Shown here one piece after another: positions 20,672-33,339 of a stretch of DNA of 64,000 nt. The first letter of the stretch is position 1; each line of letters starts with the position of its first letter. The position numbers and the translations under genes were made by a program. Under the pieces are notes generated by a model, which saw only the letters and a list, made by a program, of their open reading frames with translations, ran no database searches and was not told the DNA's origin. Source of the stretch: Selaginella moellendorffii (lineage: Eukaryota > Plantae > Lycopodiophyta); NCBI RefSeq assembly GCF_000143415.4, contig NW_003314292.1:381178-445177 (forward strand), written 5' to 3'.

Positions 20672-21319
20672 ATTGTCATTATCCCACTTGTAAAATAAGG
20701 TTTCCAAACCTTTATATAGTATATAAATATAACAAAATTCAACTGCATTGAGGCACATGCCATTTTATTTTAAACAAGGAAATGTCTACTCAATCACTTC
20801 TCCTCCCCCTACCACTGCTTCACCTCTCTCTTCTCCTTGTCATCGTCGTCCAATTTCTTTCCATCCTTTTAATATTGGCTCAGTTGCTCCGAGTCTAGGT
20901 GGAGCCCAAGTCCCCATTCAATCTTTACTTTCCCCTTATTAATAAAACAACTTCGTAGACTTCCAATAACATGCTGTAACACTTCTAGTATAATGCAAAT
21001 CCTCTCAAAGAATTGTCTTTTAATATTAATACAATGGCATGGAACCCCATGCCATAATAAGTTACATTTTTAAATAAATACATGCCATCTCAGACTGTTA
21101 TTTTTTGCCGGATTGGGAAAGATTTAGAAATCTGTGGATGAATGGCTAACACTCCGTCCCTTGTGCAATAGGTAGCTGAAACCAAGTAGGACCAAGTAGG
21201 AGCTAGTATGATAAGCAGGAATATTGGCAAGGGAACTTAGCTAAAGCTAAAGCCATGTTGGTTGGATAGACGAGGTAAACTGGCAAATTTGAAAGAAAAA
21301 ATTTGTAAATTACACTATA

Positions 21320-24300
21320 TGGGATCTGAGGGTTAAAGGCATCTGCAGGCATTTTATGTCTCCATCTTTTGGACTTAGGGAAATGTTGCCTGTTCAAGTA
21401 CACAGCAGGTCCACCGTCACTGATATCACCTTCAACATCATTAATAGCAAGTCCTCCTTTGTGGTGCTCGGCCTTCCTTGGTTTCAACTACACCAACCTC
21501 AGATTTATTAGAAGGAATTACAGCTCGTCTCTCCCACGTAACCATCTCTCACGTCTTCCCCTACCATTCATCGAGTCCAAATCAAGAAAAGTTCCCTAAA
21601 CTCAAATTGGGGTTCTAATCCTGACTTTACGAAGTTTTCACCCTCTTTGCTCCCTATCCCTCAATCTTCTTTTCTCTCTCTTCCATCTTACACTAGACAG
21701 TATTCTCGTCCCATCATTCCATTCAGTCTTACGCCTTCTCCTATCTCCACAATCACTATGAAAGAACTCCTTCACAAAGAACTTGTTTTCCTTTTTGCTT
21801 TGCATGTTTCTCCTATCAGTCTTCTTAAGAAGTATCATGATTTTGGGGATGTGTTTGACAAGAAAAAAGCTAGTGTATTGTCTGTTCATCAGCCTTATGA
21901 TTGTCCCATTGATTTACAGGAAGGAGCATCACCTCCGTAGGGGCCTATCTATGGGTTATCTCCATCCGAGCTTAAGACCCTCAAAGAGTACGTGGACAAG
22001 AACCTTGCCTCAGGGTACATTCAGCATTTGCAGTCTCTGGCTAGAACGCCTGTCTTCTTTGTCAAGAAGAAGGATGGGAGTTTGTGGCTAGTCATCCACT
22101 ATCGAGGTTTGAACAAGGTGACTGTTCAGAACTGTTATCCACTGCCCCTGATCTCGGACCTATTGGAACGCCTCAGCAGTGCCCGCTTCTTCACCAAGAT
22201 CAACCTCCGTGGAGCATACAACCAAATCTGGATCTGGCCTGGCGATGAATGGAAGACTGTGTTCCAAACCCACAATGGCCACTTCAAGTACACTGTCATG
22301 CTGTTTGGCTTGACAAATGCTCCAGTAGTTTTCCAACACATGGCGAATGACATCTTTCGAGAGTTTCTTGATCAGATGGTGATCATCTACCTCGACAACA
22401 TCCTCATCTACTCAAAAACTTAGAAGGAGCATGACGAGTATGTGTACAAGGTGCTAGCAAAGCTACAGGAATACGGCTTATACACAAAGCTTGAGAAATG
22501 TTCCTTCGATCAAGAGTTTATGGATTTCCTTAGGTACATTGTCACTTCTGAGGGTGTCATGATGGATCCTGCCAAAGCCAAGACTATTCTCGAATGGGAG
22601 CCTCCACAATCAATGTCGGACGTTCAGGTTTTTCTTGGCTTTGCCAACTTTTACTGCAAATTCATTGATCACTACTCTGACATTGTCCTTCCTCTCACGC
22701 ATCTCACTCGCAAGGATGTTCCCTTCTCTTGGTCTGCTGCTGCTCAGTAGGCCTTTGACACACTCAAGGCGACCTTCAATTCTGCTCCCGTCTTGATCCA
22801 CGCTGATCCCTCACAACCTTTCTTCATCGAGGCTAATGCCTCCAACTTTGCCATCGGTGCTGTGCTATCTCAGTTTAGAGTGGATCAAGAATTTCATCCA
22901 ATCGCTTTCCATTCTCGGAAATTCGAGCCTGCGGAGATCAATTAAGAAATCCAAGACAAGGAGCTCCTTGCCATCGTGGATTCCTTTGGAGAATGGCGTC
23001 GTTTCTTGGAGGGGGCAAGCCATCAAACAATGGTTTGGATGGATCACAAAATTCTCGAGTACTTTGCCACGTCCCGAGTTTTGAGCCATCATCAGGCAAG
23101 GTGGGCACAATTCGTGAGTCGGTTTGACTTTGTTATCAAGTACAGACCTGGAAAGCTTCAGGGCCTTCTTGATGCTCTTTCAAGGCGCTCCTATCTCAGT
23201 ATCAGGCTTGGTAATCCTGTCTTCGATCAACAGAATTAGGTTATCCTTAGTTCTAATTGGCTTCAAGTTATGGCAATTGCCCTGGCCCCTCAGGAGTCTT
23301 CCTTGATGGATGCAATCAGAATTAATCTTTAATCCGATGACCTCGCCAGTGACATTTTCCCCCATCTTCAGGCTGGACACCCAGTGACTCCCGACTGCCG
23401 GTGATTTGATGAGTTCGAGTTCTTAGATGGCTTGTTGTACCGTGGGGAGCAGCTTTACATTCCTAAAAGTGATGCTTGAAAGTTGGTCCTGACGATATGC
23501 CATGATAGCCCAATTGCTAGTCATTTCGGCATTGCGAAAACCTATAAGCTAGTTGCATGGTACTTTTGGTAGCCCCACATAGATGACTACATCAAAGCTT
23601 TTGTTACCTCTTGTGACATTTGCACCCGGAATAAGGTACCTTGCCACCTTCCTTCAAGTTTGCTTTGTTCCCTCCCAATCCCTTTAGATCCTTGGGAATC
23701 CATCTCCATGGATTTCTTGAGTGATCTTCCGAGTTCTAGAGGCTTCAACAACATTTTAGTCCTAGTGGATTGCTTCACAAAGATGGTGCACTTCTTGCCA
23801 TGTACCAAGGAGTTTTCCAGTGAGGATATGGCAAAACTAGTATTTAGGGAAATTTTCCGACTTTATGGGATTCCTATAGGTGTGATTTTGAATCGGGGAC
23901 CTTATTTCATCTTTCATTTCTGGCAACAGTTCTCGCAGTTGTTTGGAGTGAAGACCAACCTCTCTTCGGCGTATCATCCTCAAATTGATGGATAGTCTGA
24001 GCAAACAATTCAGATGTTGGAACAATTTTTGAGGTGCTTCATCAACTATCATCAGGATGATTGGTTCGATATCCTTCCCCTTACTGAATTCTCTTATAAC
24101 AACTCTGTTCACTCCTCCCTTTGAGTTTCCCCCTTCTTTGCAAACTCTGGCCGAAATCTTTGATTCAATCTCTCACTTCTTTCTTCATCTGAATTCTTTC
24201 ATTCAAATCCCCGCTCTAAAGCATTTGTTTCCAACCTCCAGGAAATCCACAACTCCATCTCCTTCCATCTCCATTGTGCTCAGGAATCTCACAAAACATT

Positions 24301-24760
24301 CGCCAATGTCCATCGTTAGGATTGTCCCTCTTACAATATCAGGGATAAAGTCTGGCTCCTCAGGTGAAATATCTCCACCATCAGGCCATATCCCAAACTC
24401 GATTTCAAACGCCTCAGTCCTTTCCCTATCACTGCCATCATTAATCCTGTCACTTATCGCCTTGCACTTCCCTCCTCATATCAAATTCACCCTGTTTTTC
24501 ACTCCTCTCTCCTTGAGCTTTATATTCCCATTCCTATTCCAAATCGGGTCATTCCTCCCCCTCCACCAGTGCATCTCGAGGATGGGTCTGAGGACGAGAT
24601 CTAGGACATCCTTGATTCCAAGATCTCACAGTCTAAACTCTACTATCTGGTAGATTGAAAGGTTATGGACCTAAGGAATGCACTTAGGAACCTGTGGACA
24701 ACCTGATTCATTCTCCTGACCTTGTTCAGGACTTCCACCACCGCTATCCTTCTTGTCCCA
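21320..24760 (+). pseudogene. pol: pol of copy A1 (protease end, RT, RNase H, integrase, chromodomain)
   Basis: FFVKKKDGSL, FGLTNAP, YLDN(=YLDD), ISMDF, AYHPQ.DG, chromodomain ILDS...YYLVD.KGYG...EP.DNL at ~24590-24750; many stops. Confidence 0.9.
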
Positions 24761-25220
24761 GCCTCATTCTTTTCATTCTCCCTCTCTTGTCCCTCGCCGC
24801 CCAGCTCATCCTCCTCTTTGTTCTCATTCACGTCCTCATTCCACTCGTTCTTGAGGAGGGGTGCTGTCAGGAATCCCTCCACATTTCTGACTCTCACCGG
24901 ATTCCTGAACTGCAGACCATATTTCTGACTCTCAAGACACTTCCCTATTCCTGACTCTTTGATTTCCCATACGATTCTTGAGTCTCGAACCACATTCTTG
25001 ATGATGACGTGGCACCTCCTTGACCTCTGCTATATTTAGGCCATCCTCAATCCAAGAGTGGTGGAGCTTTATCAACCTATAGTATATATAGGTTAGCTTT
25101 GTTCTATTTCTCCACAATTTGAATCAATGCCAATCTAAGGCCTTTTCTTCATCTCCACTAGCTCATCTCCACTTTCTTCTTCTATAGTTTCCAGTCCTAA
25201 TCTTGTTGGGGGTCTTGATA

Positions 25221-25361
25221 TATTCCACTTTGTTGTCCTTAGACATGTGATATGTAGCATATAGCATATGACATGTGGCACATAGAGGGTTAAAGTTCTG
25301 CTTTGTGGTTATCCTATGGTAAATCACCATACGATAAAGGGTGAAAACCTCGAGCACTACA
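25221..25361 (+). repeat. 3' tail of a family X LTR
   Basis: GGTTATCCTATGGTAAATCACCAT...GCACTACA, matching 735-790. Confidence 0.65.
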
Positions 25362-25473
25362 ATGACTTATCTTGGGTACTGTATTTTTCATGATGGTTTG
25401 CAAGTTGATCCTAACAAAATTGTGGCTTTTCTAAAGTTCCTTGCTCTGAAGTGTGAATGATGTGGAACATTTT

Positions 25474-28400
25474 TGTCAGGAATCCCCCAATTCCTTCCAC
25501 ATTCCTGACTCTCACTGGATTCCTAACCCACAGACCATATTCTTGACTCTTGAGACACTTCCCTATTCCTGACTCTCTGATTTCCCATACGATTCCTGAG
25601 TCTCGAACCACATTCTTGATAGGGCGAACCATGGCCAAGGTGGTGTGGCAGTCTACAGTGAGGCCACGCATCCTAGGGGGGCTTGGGATCATTGACCCCA
25701 GCGACATGGTGAAGGCGATGAGGTACAAGATTTTTCTCATGGGCCAGCAACAGGGGAGACAGCTGTGGCGACTCATGTTCCGGCAGAGCCTCCTAGTGAT
25801 ACGCCCCAAACACAATACAGCCAAACCGTGGGAGGAGGACCCATGGTGGCTCTTCGCAGAAGGACCAACTCAAGTAGTGAAAGGGGGCAACTTCATCCAG
25901 AGCCTTCACCGACTGTGGAGAGCCTTTCTGTTGGAGCAAACACCACTGACCAGGGCAGAGGACTGGTTTAACTAGCCTCTGTTTTTAAATGCATTGTTCA
26001 AAGTGGGAGGTGTGACACTAGGATGAGAGACACACCACACAATCTGGAGGAAAACGCATGCAAATGGCTTCCAAACCATGGAACAACTGGTGGGAGTGAT
26101 CGACAGGGATTGGTGGCGAACAACAAGAAGGACTCAAGTTTTTGGACCTTGGAAGCGATGCAACATCCTATTGGACATTCTGTGACTCCTCCGAGTGGTG
26201 AACAACACGAAAGCATGGACGAAGTGGCCGAGAAGATGCCTTAAAGCAGGGGACTTTGTGGCAATCCAGCAGCAAACAGAGTGGGAGGAACATGATGCAG
26301 TGTGACGTCCATTGGGGATATGGCTCGAGCATTCACTACACCTACACCAGCATGGGAAGAGAGGTGTGGTTCGTCGCCACACCAGAGCACAACATAGGAT
26401 GGTATTTTTGCGTCACGAGAGGAGATACGCTTCTCCAGATGGGTGAGAGACAAGTGATGTCAGACGTCACAGATGATGAGGTATGTGGGAGGATTTGTGT
26501 GCTTAGGTAGTCACCCAAGAGGCTGGAAGTGGTGGAATTGGAAGATCTACTGGAGGGCAATGGATCACTAAAATGGTGGCAACAGCAACTACTTGAAGAT
26601 CTAGATTGGGACCCTACTACATGGCGACAAGGGACAGGAAGCTTTTTCTCCTATGCAGTCAAGGAAGCACGGAATGGACTACTGACATCACAAAAGGAGG
26701 CAAAACAGGAGATTCTAAAGCTGTGGCAGAAGTGGATAGCACAGGGGGTTGATGTGGAGCAAGTGGTGGAGAACACGATTCACTTCTGGAAGCTGCCCAT
26801 GCAGGAAAAAGTGAAAGTCACCTCGTGGTTGGTAGCGAACAACGGGCTCCCAGTTGGATAGAGATTCCAGGATGACGAGAGTTGTAGGTGCAGGGAGTGT
26901 GGTGAAATCGAGACAGTCAAGCATGCGTTATGGGAGTGCAACACTGCAAAGGAGGTGTGGTGCTAGATCATTAAGGTAGGGAAGGAGTTGGGCGTTATTC
27001 AGGATTTTGAGGCCCGCAGTGGGGATGTGCTTCACTAGTTCGAGGGAGTGAGGGGTCTTGCCTAGGGCCCAGCCCTGCGACACATCAAGTGTAGAGGACG
27101 ACACGGCTGGGGGATTCAAGTCCGCTGGGATGCAATTGGGGCAGAGATAGGACTCCCCGTATGGGAGGCGCTTGGCCATGCTCGATGGGTGGTATGGTGT
27201 GCGATAGGAGTCCAGGCCCTTTGGGAAGCACATAACCGGGCGCACTTCGACGGGACACAGGTCAGAGTATCATAGGTACTGGCAGAGTGGTGGAGGCTTA
27301 CACTAGCGGTAGTACGGCTTCACCATGCTATCCTCCGAGACAGGGGGAAGCTCAAGAGGCTCAAGGAGTGCCAAAAAGAATGGCTGCCATGTTTTGGTGA
27401 AGGAGACCACAATAAGGTTCGTTGGAGATGGCGCCCCCCGAAGTCGATCTTGCTATTAGCACGAAGGGGGGACTTGGATCTGGACATGATATGACGGAGG
27501 CGACTACAGCCACTTCTACTGTAGGCCTAGTCTCACTTTAGATGAGGGAGATCTTCACTAGGTAACATGAGCTTCAGGCAGCATGCTTGGTTTTTGTATT
27601 AGTCCCTACGGGACATTAAGGAATGTACATATACATTTCATCAAACCACACTCTTAATGATGATGTGGTCCCTCCTCAACCTCAACTATATTTAGGCTGT
27701 CCTCAATCCAAGAGTGGTGGAGCTTTATCAACCTATAGTATATATAGGTTAGCCTTGTTCCATTTCTCCACAATCTGAATCAACACCAATCTAAGGCTTC
27801 TTCTTCGTTTCCACTAGTTTTTCTCTTTGTCTTCTACATTTTCTAGTCTTGATCTTGTTGGGGATCTTGACAATTTGATTTAGATTGTGTTTTTTGCTTT
27901 TGCTTTAGCTTGTTTTGATTATTTGACTACCTTTGCTTTTTTCCCCCCTTTTATTTTTTCTTTGCCGATGGAGTCTCCAAGCCATCCTGATTTCTTTGCC
28001 GAAGTCCTTGCAAAAATCCAGTCTGAGAATACTAAGCTGAAGGTGACCCTTCTTCACATGCAACAGGAGCTTGCTTCACTTTCGATTCAAGGATCAAGCA
28101 GAGTTCCTGAACTGAAGGTGAGTTTCCCAACGAAGTTCTCAGGCAAGCGTTTGAAGCTTCACGGACTCCTGAACCAGATGGAGCTGATCTTCTCACTTCA
28201 ACATCGACGGTACCACACTCCCGAGTCTCAAATCGGTGCAATTGGGATGCTGTTCGAAGGTGCAGCTTTGTCATGGTTTTTTCCTCTCCTGGAGAAGAGC
28301 ATGAAAGGGGTCATAGTTCTAGAGCTGACAGATCTTCAGTTGTTCAAAGAAAAGCTCAAAGCATGTTTTGGCAAGATGGATCGAGTTTGGGTTGCCACCA

Positions 28401-31400
28401 CAAAGATGAGACGTCTTTCTTAGGGGTCTCGTCCTGCCTCGATCTATGCTACAAAGTTCCAACTCCTTGCCTTGGACACTCAGTGGGATGAGCAGGCCTT
28501 GATTGATCAATTTTGTTTCGGCCTCAATAATGGTGTCAAGGATTTGTTGCTCACCATGGAGGATCCCACGGACATGTCGGACACCATCAAAAAGGCTATT
28601 CAATGCGATAATCGTCTCTTTGAACGTCATTAGGAAAGTTGCTGTGCCGCCGTTTTCCCATCCCAAACTCAGGAATCCCAGCTTGAGTTTTCAGGGCATA
28701 CTCCTGAACCTACTGCTCCGGTCCCGATGGATATTTCTGGTACTCTCCGACTCATCAGAGGGAAGTTGAGTCCTACTGAGAAGCAACATCGAGTATCTCA
28801 TAATCTTTACCTCTACTGTGCTAATCCTAATCACAAAGCAGCTGTGTGTCCCAAGAAGCCTCCCCAACTACTCGAGTTCACTCTGCCTCAAGGTTCACCT
28901 CTGTTGCAGTCAGGAAACAACCCTGTCCAAACAGAGTAGGAGCTATCTGTTTTGACTCCCCAAATAAAAAATCACTTTTCTTTTTTATCAAGCTCCTCAC
29001 CACCTTTCATCAAAGCCACTACCAATTCCCGTAACTTCTGCATCCCATGTCTCCTTTCTTTCACTGGATAATCAGGACTCAAGGCTCTGGCGCTACTAGA
29101 CTCAGGTGCAACTTCCTGCTTCATAAACACGAACTTTGCTGCCCAACATCACATTCCTCTTTCTCCTACCATACAGGATCTGAGGGTTGAAGACATCGGT
29201 GGGCATTTTGTGTCTCCATCTTCTGGACTTAGGGAAACATTCCCCGTTCGAGTACACATCGGGTCCACTGTCACCGATATCACCTTCAACATCATCAACA
29301 GCAAGTCCTCCTCTGTGGTGCTCAACCTTCCTTTGTTCCAACTGCACCAACCTCAGATATGTTGGAAGGAATTACAATTCGTCTCTCCCACATCACCATC
29401 TCCCACGTCTTCCCCTGCTGTTCATCGAGTCCAAAACAAGAAAAGTTCCCTAAACTCAAATCAGGGTTCTGTTTTTGACTCTACAAAGTTTTTACCCTCT
29501 TCTTTCCCCTCTCTTCCATCTTACACTAGATAGTATCCTCGTCTCATCATTCCATTCAGCCATACGCCTCCTCCTATCTCCACAATCACTATGAAAGAAA
29601 TCCTTCATGAAGAACTTGGTTTCCTTTTTGCTTTGCATGTTTCTCCTGTCAATCTTCTTGAGAAGTATCATGATTTTGGGGATGTGTTTAACAAGAAAAA
29701 AGCTAGTGTACTGCCTGTTCATCAGCCTTACGATTGTCCCATTGATTTACAAGAAGGAGCATCACCTCCGTGGGGACCTATCTACGGGTTATCCACGTCC
29801 GAGTTTAAGACCCTCAAAGAGTACGTGGACAAGAACCTTGCCTCGGGGTACATTCAACAAGATCGACCTCCGTGGAGCATACAACCTAATCCAGATCTGG
29901 CCTAGCAATGAATGGAAGACTGTGTTCCGAACCCGCTATGGCCACTTTGAGTACACTGTCATGCCGTTTGGCTTGACAAATGCTCTAGCAGTTTTCCAAC
30001 ACATGGCGAACGACATCTTTTGAGAGTTTCTTGATCAAATGGTGATCGTCTACCTCAACAACATCCTCATCTACTCAAAAACTCATGAGGAGCATGACGA
30101 GCATGAGCGCAAGGTGCTGGTGAAGCTACGGGAACACGGCCTATACGCGAAGCTTGAGAAATGTTCCTTCGATAAAGAGTCTATGGAGTTCCTTGGATAC
30201 ATTATCACTCCTGAGGGTATCACGATGGATCCTGCCAAAGTCAAGACTATTCTCGAATGGGAGCCTCCACAATCAATGTCAAACATTCAGGTTTTCCTTG
30301 GCTTTGCCAACTTTTACTGCAAATTCATTGATCACTACTCTGACATTGTCCTTCCTCTCACACATCTCACTCGCAAGGATGTTCCCTTCTCTTGGTTTGC
30401 TGCTGCCTAGCAGGCCTTTAACACACTCAAGGCTGCCTTCAATTCTGCTCCTATCTTCATCCACACTGATCTCTCACAACCTTTCTTCATCGAGGCAGAC
30501 GCCTCCGACTTTGCCATCGGTGTTGTGTTGTCTCAACTAGGAGCAAATCAGGAATTTCATCCAGTCGCTTTCCATTCTTAGAAATTCCAACCTACGTAGA
30601 TTAATTATGAAATCCACGACAAGGAACTCCTTGCCATCGTGGATTCCTTTGGAGAGTGGTGTCGTTTTTTTAGAGGGGGCAAGCCATCAAACAATGGTCT
30701 GGATGGATCACAAAAAGCTCGAGTACTTTGCCACTTCCCGAGTTTTGAGCCGTCGTCAGGCAAGGTGGGCACAATTCCTGAGTCGGTTTGACTTTGTTAT
30801 CAAGTACAGACCTGGAAAGCTTCAGGGCCTTCTTGATGCTTTTTCAAGGCGCTCCTATCTCAGTCTCAGGCCTGGTAATCCTATCTTTGATCAACAGAAT
30901 CAGGTTATCCTTGGTCTTGATTGGCTTCAAGTTATGGCAATTTCCCTGGCCCCTTAGGACTCCTCCTTGATGGATATGATCAGAAAAGATCTTCAATCCG
31001 ACGACCTCGCCAGTATTTGAAGGTTGGTCCGTATGGCATGCCATGATAGCCCAATTGCTAGTCATTTCGACATTGCGAAAACCTATGAGCTAGTTGCATA
31101 GGACTTTTGGTGGCCCCACATGGACGACTGCATCAAAGCTTTTGTTACCTCCTATGACACTTGCGCCTGGAATAAGATACCTCGCCACCTTCCTTCAAGT
31201 TTGCTTTGTTCCCTCCCAATCCTTTCAGGTTCTTAGGAATCCATCTCCATGGATTTCTTGAGTGATCTTCCGAGTTCTAGAGGCTTCAACAACATTTTAG
31301 TCCTAGTGGATTGCTTCACAAAGATGGCGCAGTTCCTGCCATGTACCAAAGAGTTTTCCGGTGAGGATATGGCAAAACTAGTATTTAGGGAAATTTTTCG

Positions 31401-32765
31401 ACTTCATGGGATTCCTGCAAGTGTGATTTTGAATCGGGGACCTTAGTTCATCTCTCATTTTTGGCAACAGTTTTCGCAGTTGCTTGGAGTGAAGGCCAAC
31501 CTCTCTTCGGCGTATCATCCTCAAATTGATGGATAGTTTGAGCAAACAATTCAGACGTTGGAACAATTTTTGAGGTGCTTCATCAACTATCATCAGGATG
31601 ATTGGTTCAATATCCTTCCCCTTGCTAAGTTCTCCTATAACAACTCTGTTCACTCCTCCCTTTGAGTTTCCCCCTTCTTTGCAAACTCTGGCCAAAATCC
31701 CCAATTCAATCTCTCACTTCTTTCTCCATCCGAATCCTTTCATTCAAATCCCCGCTCTGAGGCATTTATTTCCAACCTCCAGGAAATCCACAACTCCATC
31801 TCCTTCCATCTCTATTGTGCTCAGGAATCTCACAAAACATTCGCCAATGTCCATCATCAGAATTGTCCCCCTTACAATATCAGGGATAAAGTCTGGCTCC
31901 TCAGGCAAAATATCTCCACCACCAGGCCATGTCCCAAACTCAATTTCAAATGCTTCGGTCCTTTCCCTATCACTACCATCACTAATTTTGTCACTTATTG
32001 CCTTGCACTTCCCTCCTCATATCAAATTCACCCCATTTTTCACTCCTCTCTCCTTGAGCCTTATATTCCCAGTCCTATTCAAAATTGGGTCATTCCTCCG
32101 ACTCCCCCAGTGCAGCTCGAGGATGGGTCTGAGGACGAGATCTAGGACATCCTTGATTCCAAGATCTCACAGTCTAAACTCTACTATCTGGTAAATTGGA
32201 AGGTTATAGACTTGAGGAACGCACTTAGGAACTTGTGAACAACTTAATTCATTCTCCTGACCTTGTTCAGGACTTCCACCACCGCTATCCTTCTTGTCCC
32301 AGTCCTCATTCTTTTCATTCTCCCTCTCCCGTCCCTCACCGCCCATCTCATCCTCCTCTTCGTTCTCATTCACGTCCTCATTCCATTCGTTCTTGAAGAG
32401 GGGGTGTTGTCAAGAATCCCCCAATTCTTGCCACATTCTTGACTCTCACTGGATTCCTAAACTACAGACCATATTCCTGACTCTCGAAACACTTTCCTAT
32501 TCCTGACTCTCTAATTTCCCATACGATTCTTGAGTCTCGAACCACATTCTTGATGATGTGGCGCCTCCTTAACCTCAGCTATATTTAGGCCGTCCTCAAT
32601 CCAAGAGTGGTGGAGCTTCATCAACCTATAGTATATATAGAATAGCCTTGTTCCATTTCTCCACAATCTAAATCAATACTAGTCTAAGGCCTTTTCTTTG
32701 TTTCCACTAGTTTTTCTCTTTGTCTTCTACATTTTCCAGTCTTGATCTTGTTGGGGATCTTAACA
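25474..32765 (+). mobile_element. Tcn1-like chromovirus copy A2, full span with both LTRs, internally deleted
   Basis: 5' LTR 25474-27872 (split by a LINE), gag ~27968-28939, pol with deletions at ~29856 and ~31015, chromodomain, PPT, 3' LTR 32408-32765; near-TSD ATTTT/ATTTC. Confidence 0.9.
25621..27643 (+). mobile_element. 5'-truncated L1/Tx1-like LINE inserted in the A2 5' LTR
   Basis: W....RP...GGLGI.D post-RT motif, zf-RVT (KVKVTSWLV.NNGLP...C..C...ETVKHALWEC); 15-bp TSD AACCACATTCTTGAT (25606-25620)/AACCACACTCTTAAT (27644-27658). Confidence 0.85.
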
Positions 32766-33339
32766 ATTTCCTAAGCAAAGTGTAGTATAGTCATTTTATT
32801 GATCTTTCTGATCACACTACACTGTTATGAGTGTTATTGAAGTTGTTAACATTATCTTTCATTTGATCCATAGACTATGAGTGGGCATCTACAGATTTCA
32901 AAGAGATATTGACAACTTCTTTAATCTTGGCATATCCTGACTATACTTGACCTTTCATTTTATGTATGGAAACTTTTGATATTATGGGTTTTGAAGTTTT
33001 AAATATATAATTTCGATGTTGTTCATCATCCGGGGATTTCTATGGTAGATGGAGTCCAAGAAGAAGAATTTTATTTTACTACCTTAATCACTTTTTACAC
33101 TTTTGGTCTTTATTACCTTTCCAGGAATATAAAGACCATTGTCACTACTGTTAAAAATACTCTTATTACTATCTACCAATCCTTCTATTATGTAGACTAG
33201 TTATTTCATGTGAAGCAATTAGTCATCCACCCATACCGCAGTTCCACAGTAAATATATATAAAACTTTTAGTCCACACATGTTATACTCATTTGGCTATC
33301 GCTTCAGCCACTACCACATAACACCCTTTCAAGTCCACT

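Larger units (their letters stand above)
10703..21055. repeat. Dispersed 22-bp palindrome family ATGGCRTGWGGCCWCAYGCCAT (>=17 copies)
   Basis: Copies start at 10703, 11019, 11108, 11162, 12517, 12574, 14400, 14477, 14537, 15810, 17907, 18048, 18239, 19471, 19546, 20742, 21034; none noticed elsewhere in the window. Confidence 0.9.
10477..21160. mobile_element. Large two-gene DNA transposon-like element (Sola-like/DUF7869 transposase + giant accessory gene)
   Basis: Sharp break of the Gypsy integrase at ~10480, a 24-bp end motif, >=17 copies of a private palindrome confined to this interval, and divergent genes; right boundary approximate. Confidence 0.75.
4425..21314 (+). mobile_element. LTR element B (TG...CA bounded block) inserted in the A1 protease region and itself hosting further insertions
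   Basis: TGTAAGG at 4425, TTACA at 21314, near-TSD CCATA/CTATA; the intact site is visible in copy A2 (~29165 CCTACCATACAGGATCTGAGGG). LTR pieces 4425-4670 (degenerate 12-bp GAGTCCGAGATC-like repeats) and ~21170-21314 share GGGAACTTAGCTAAAGC. Confidence 0.7.
2985..25220 (+). mobile_element. Tcn1-like chromovirus (Ty3/Gypsy) copy A1, interrupted by a 16.9-kb nested block
   Basis: Truncated 5' LTR 2985-3125, gag 3220-4191, protease (LLDSGA) to 4424, resuming at 21320 with RT/RNaseH/INT/chromodomain, PPT GAGGAGGGG 24853-24861, 3' LTR 24865-25220; colinear with copy A2. Confidence 0.85.
25362..33030 (+). pseudogene. Old Gypsy RT/RNase H relic (25362-25473 + 32766-~33030) split by copy A2
   Basis: YLGYCIFHDGLQVDPNKI before the insertion; L...YPDYT.PFIL.. 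after it. Confidence 0.5.

Noticed and set aside
10703-21055. Palindrome copies as a CRISPR array or as independent MITEs
   Set aside because: Irregular spacing from tens of bp to kb; no TSDs seen around individual copies
21157-21178. Degenerate right TIR (TCCCTTGTGCAATAGGTAGCT)
   Set aside because: Similarity to the reverse complement of the 24-mer is too weak given that the two direct copies are identical
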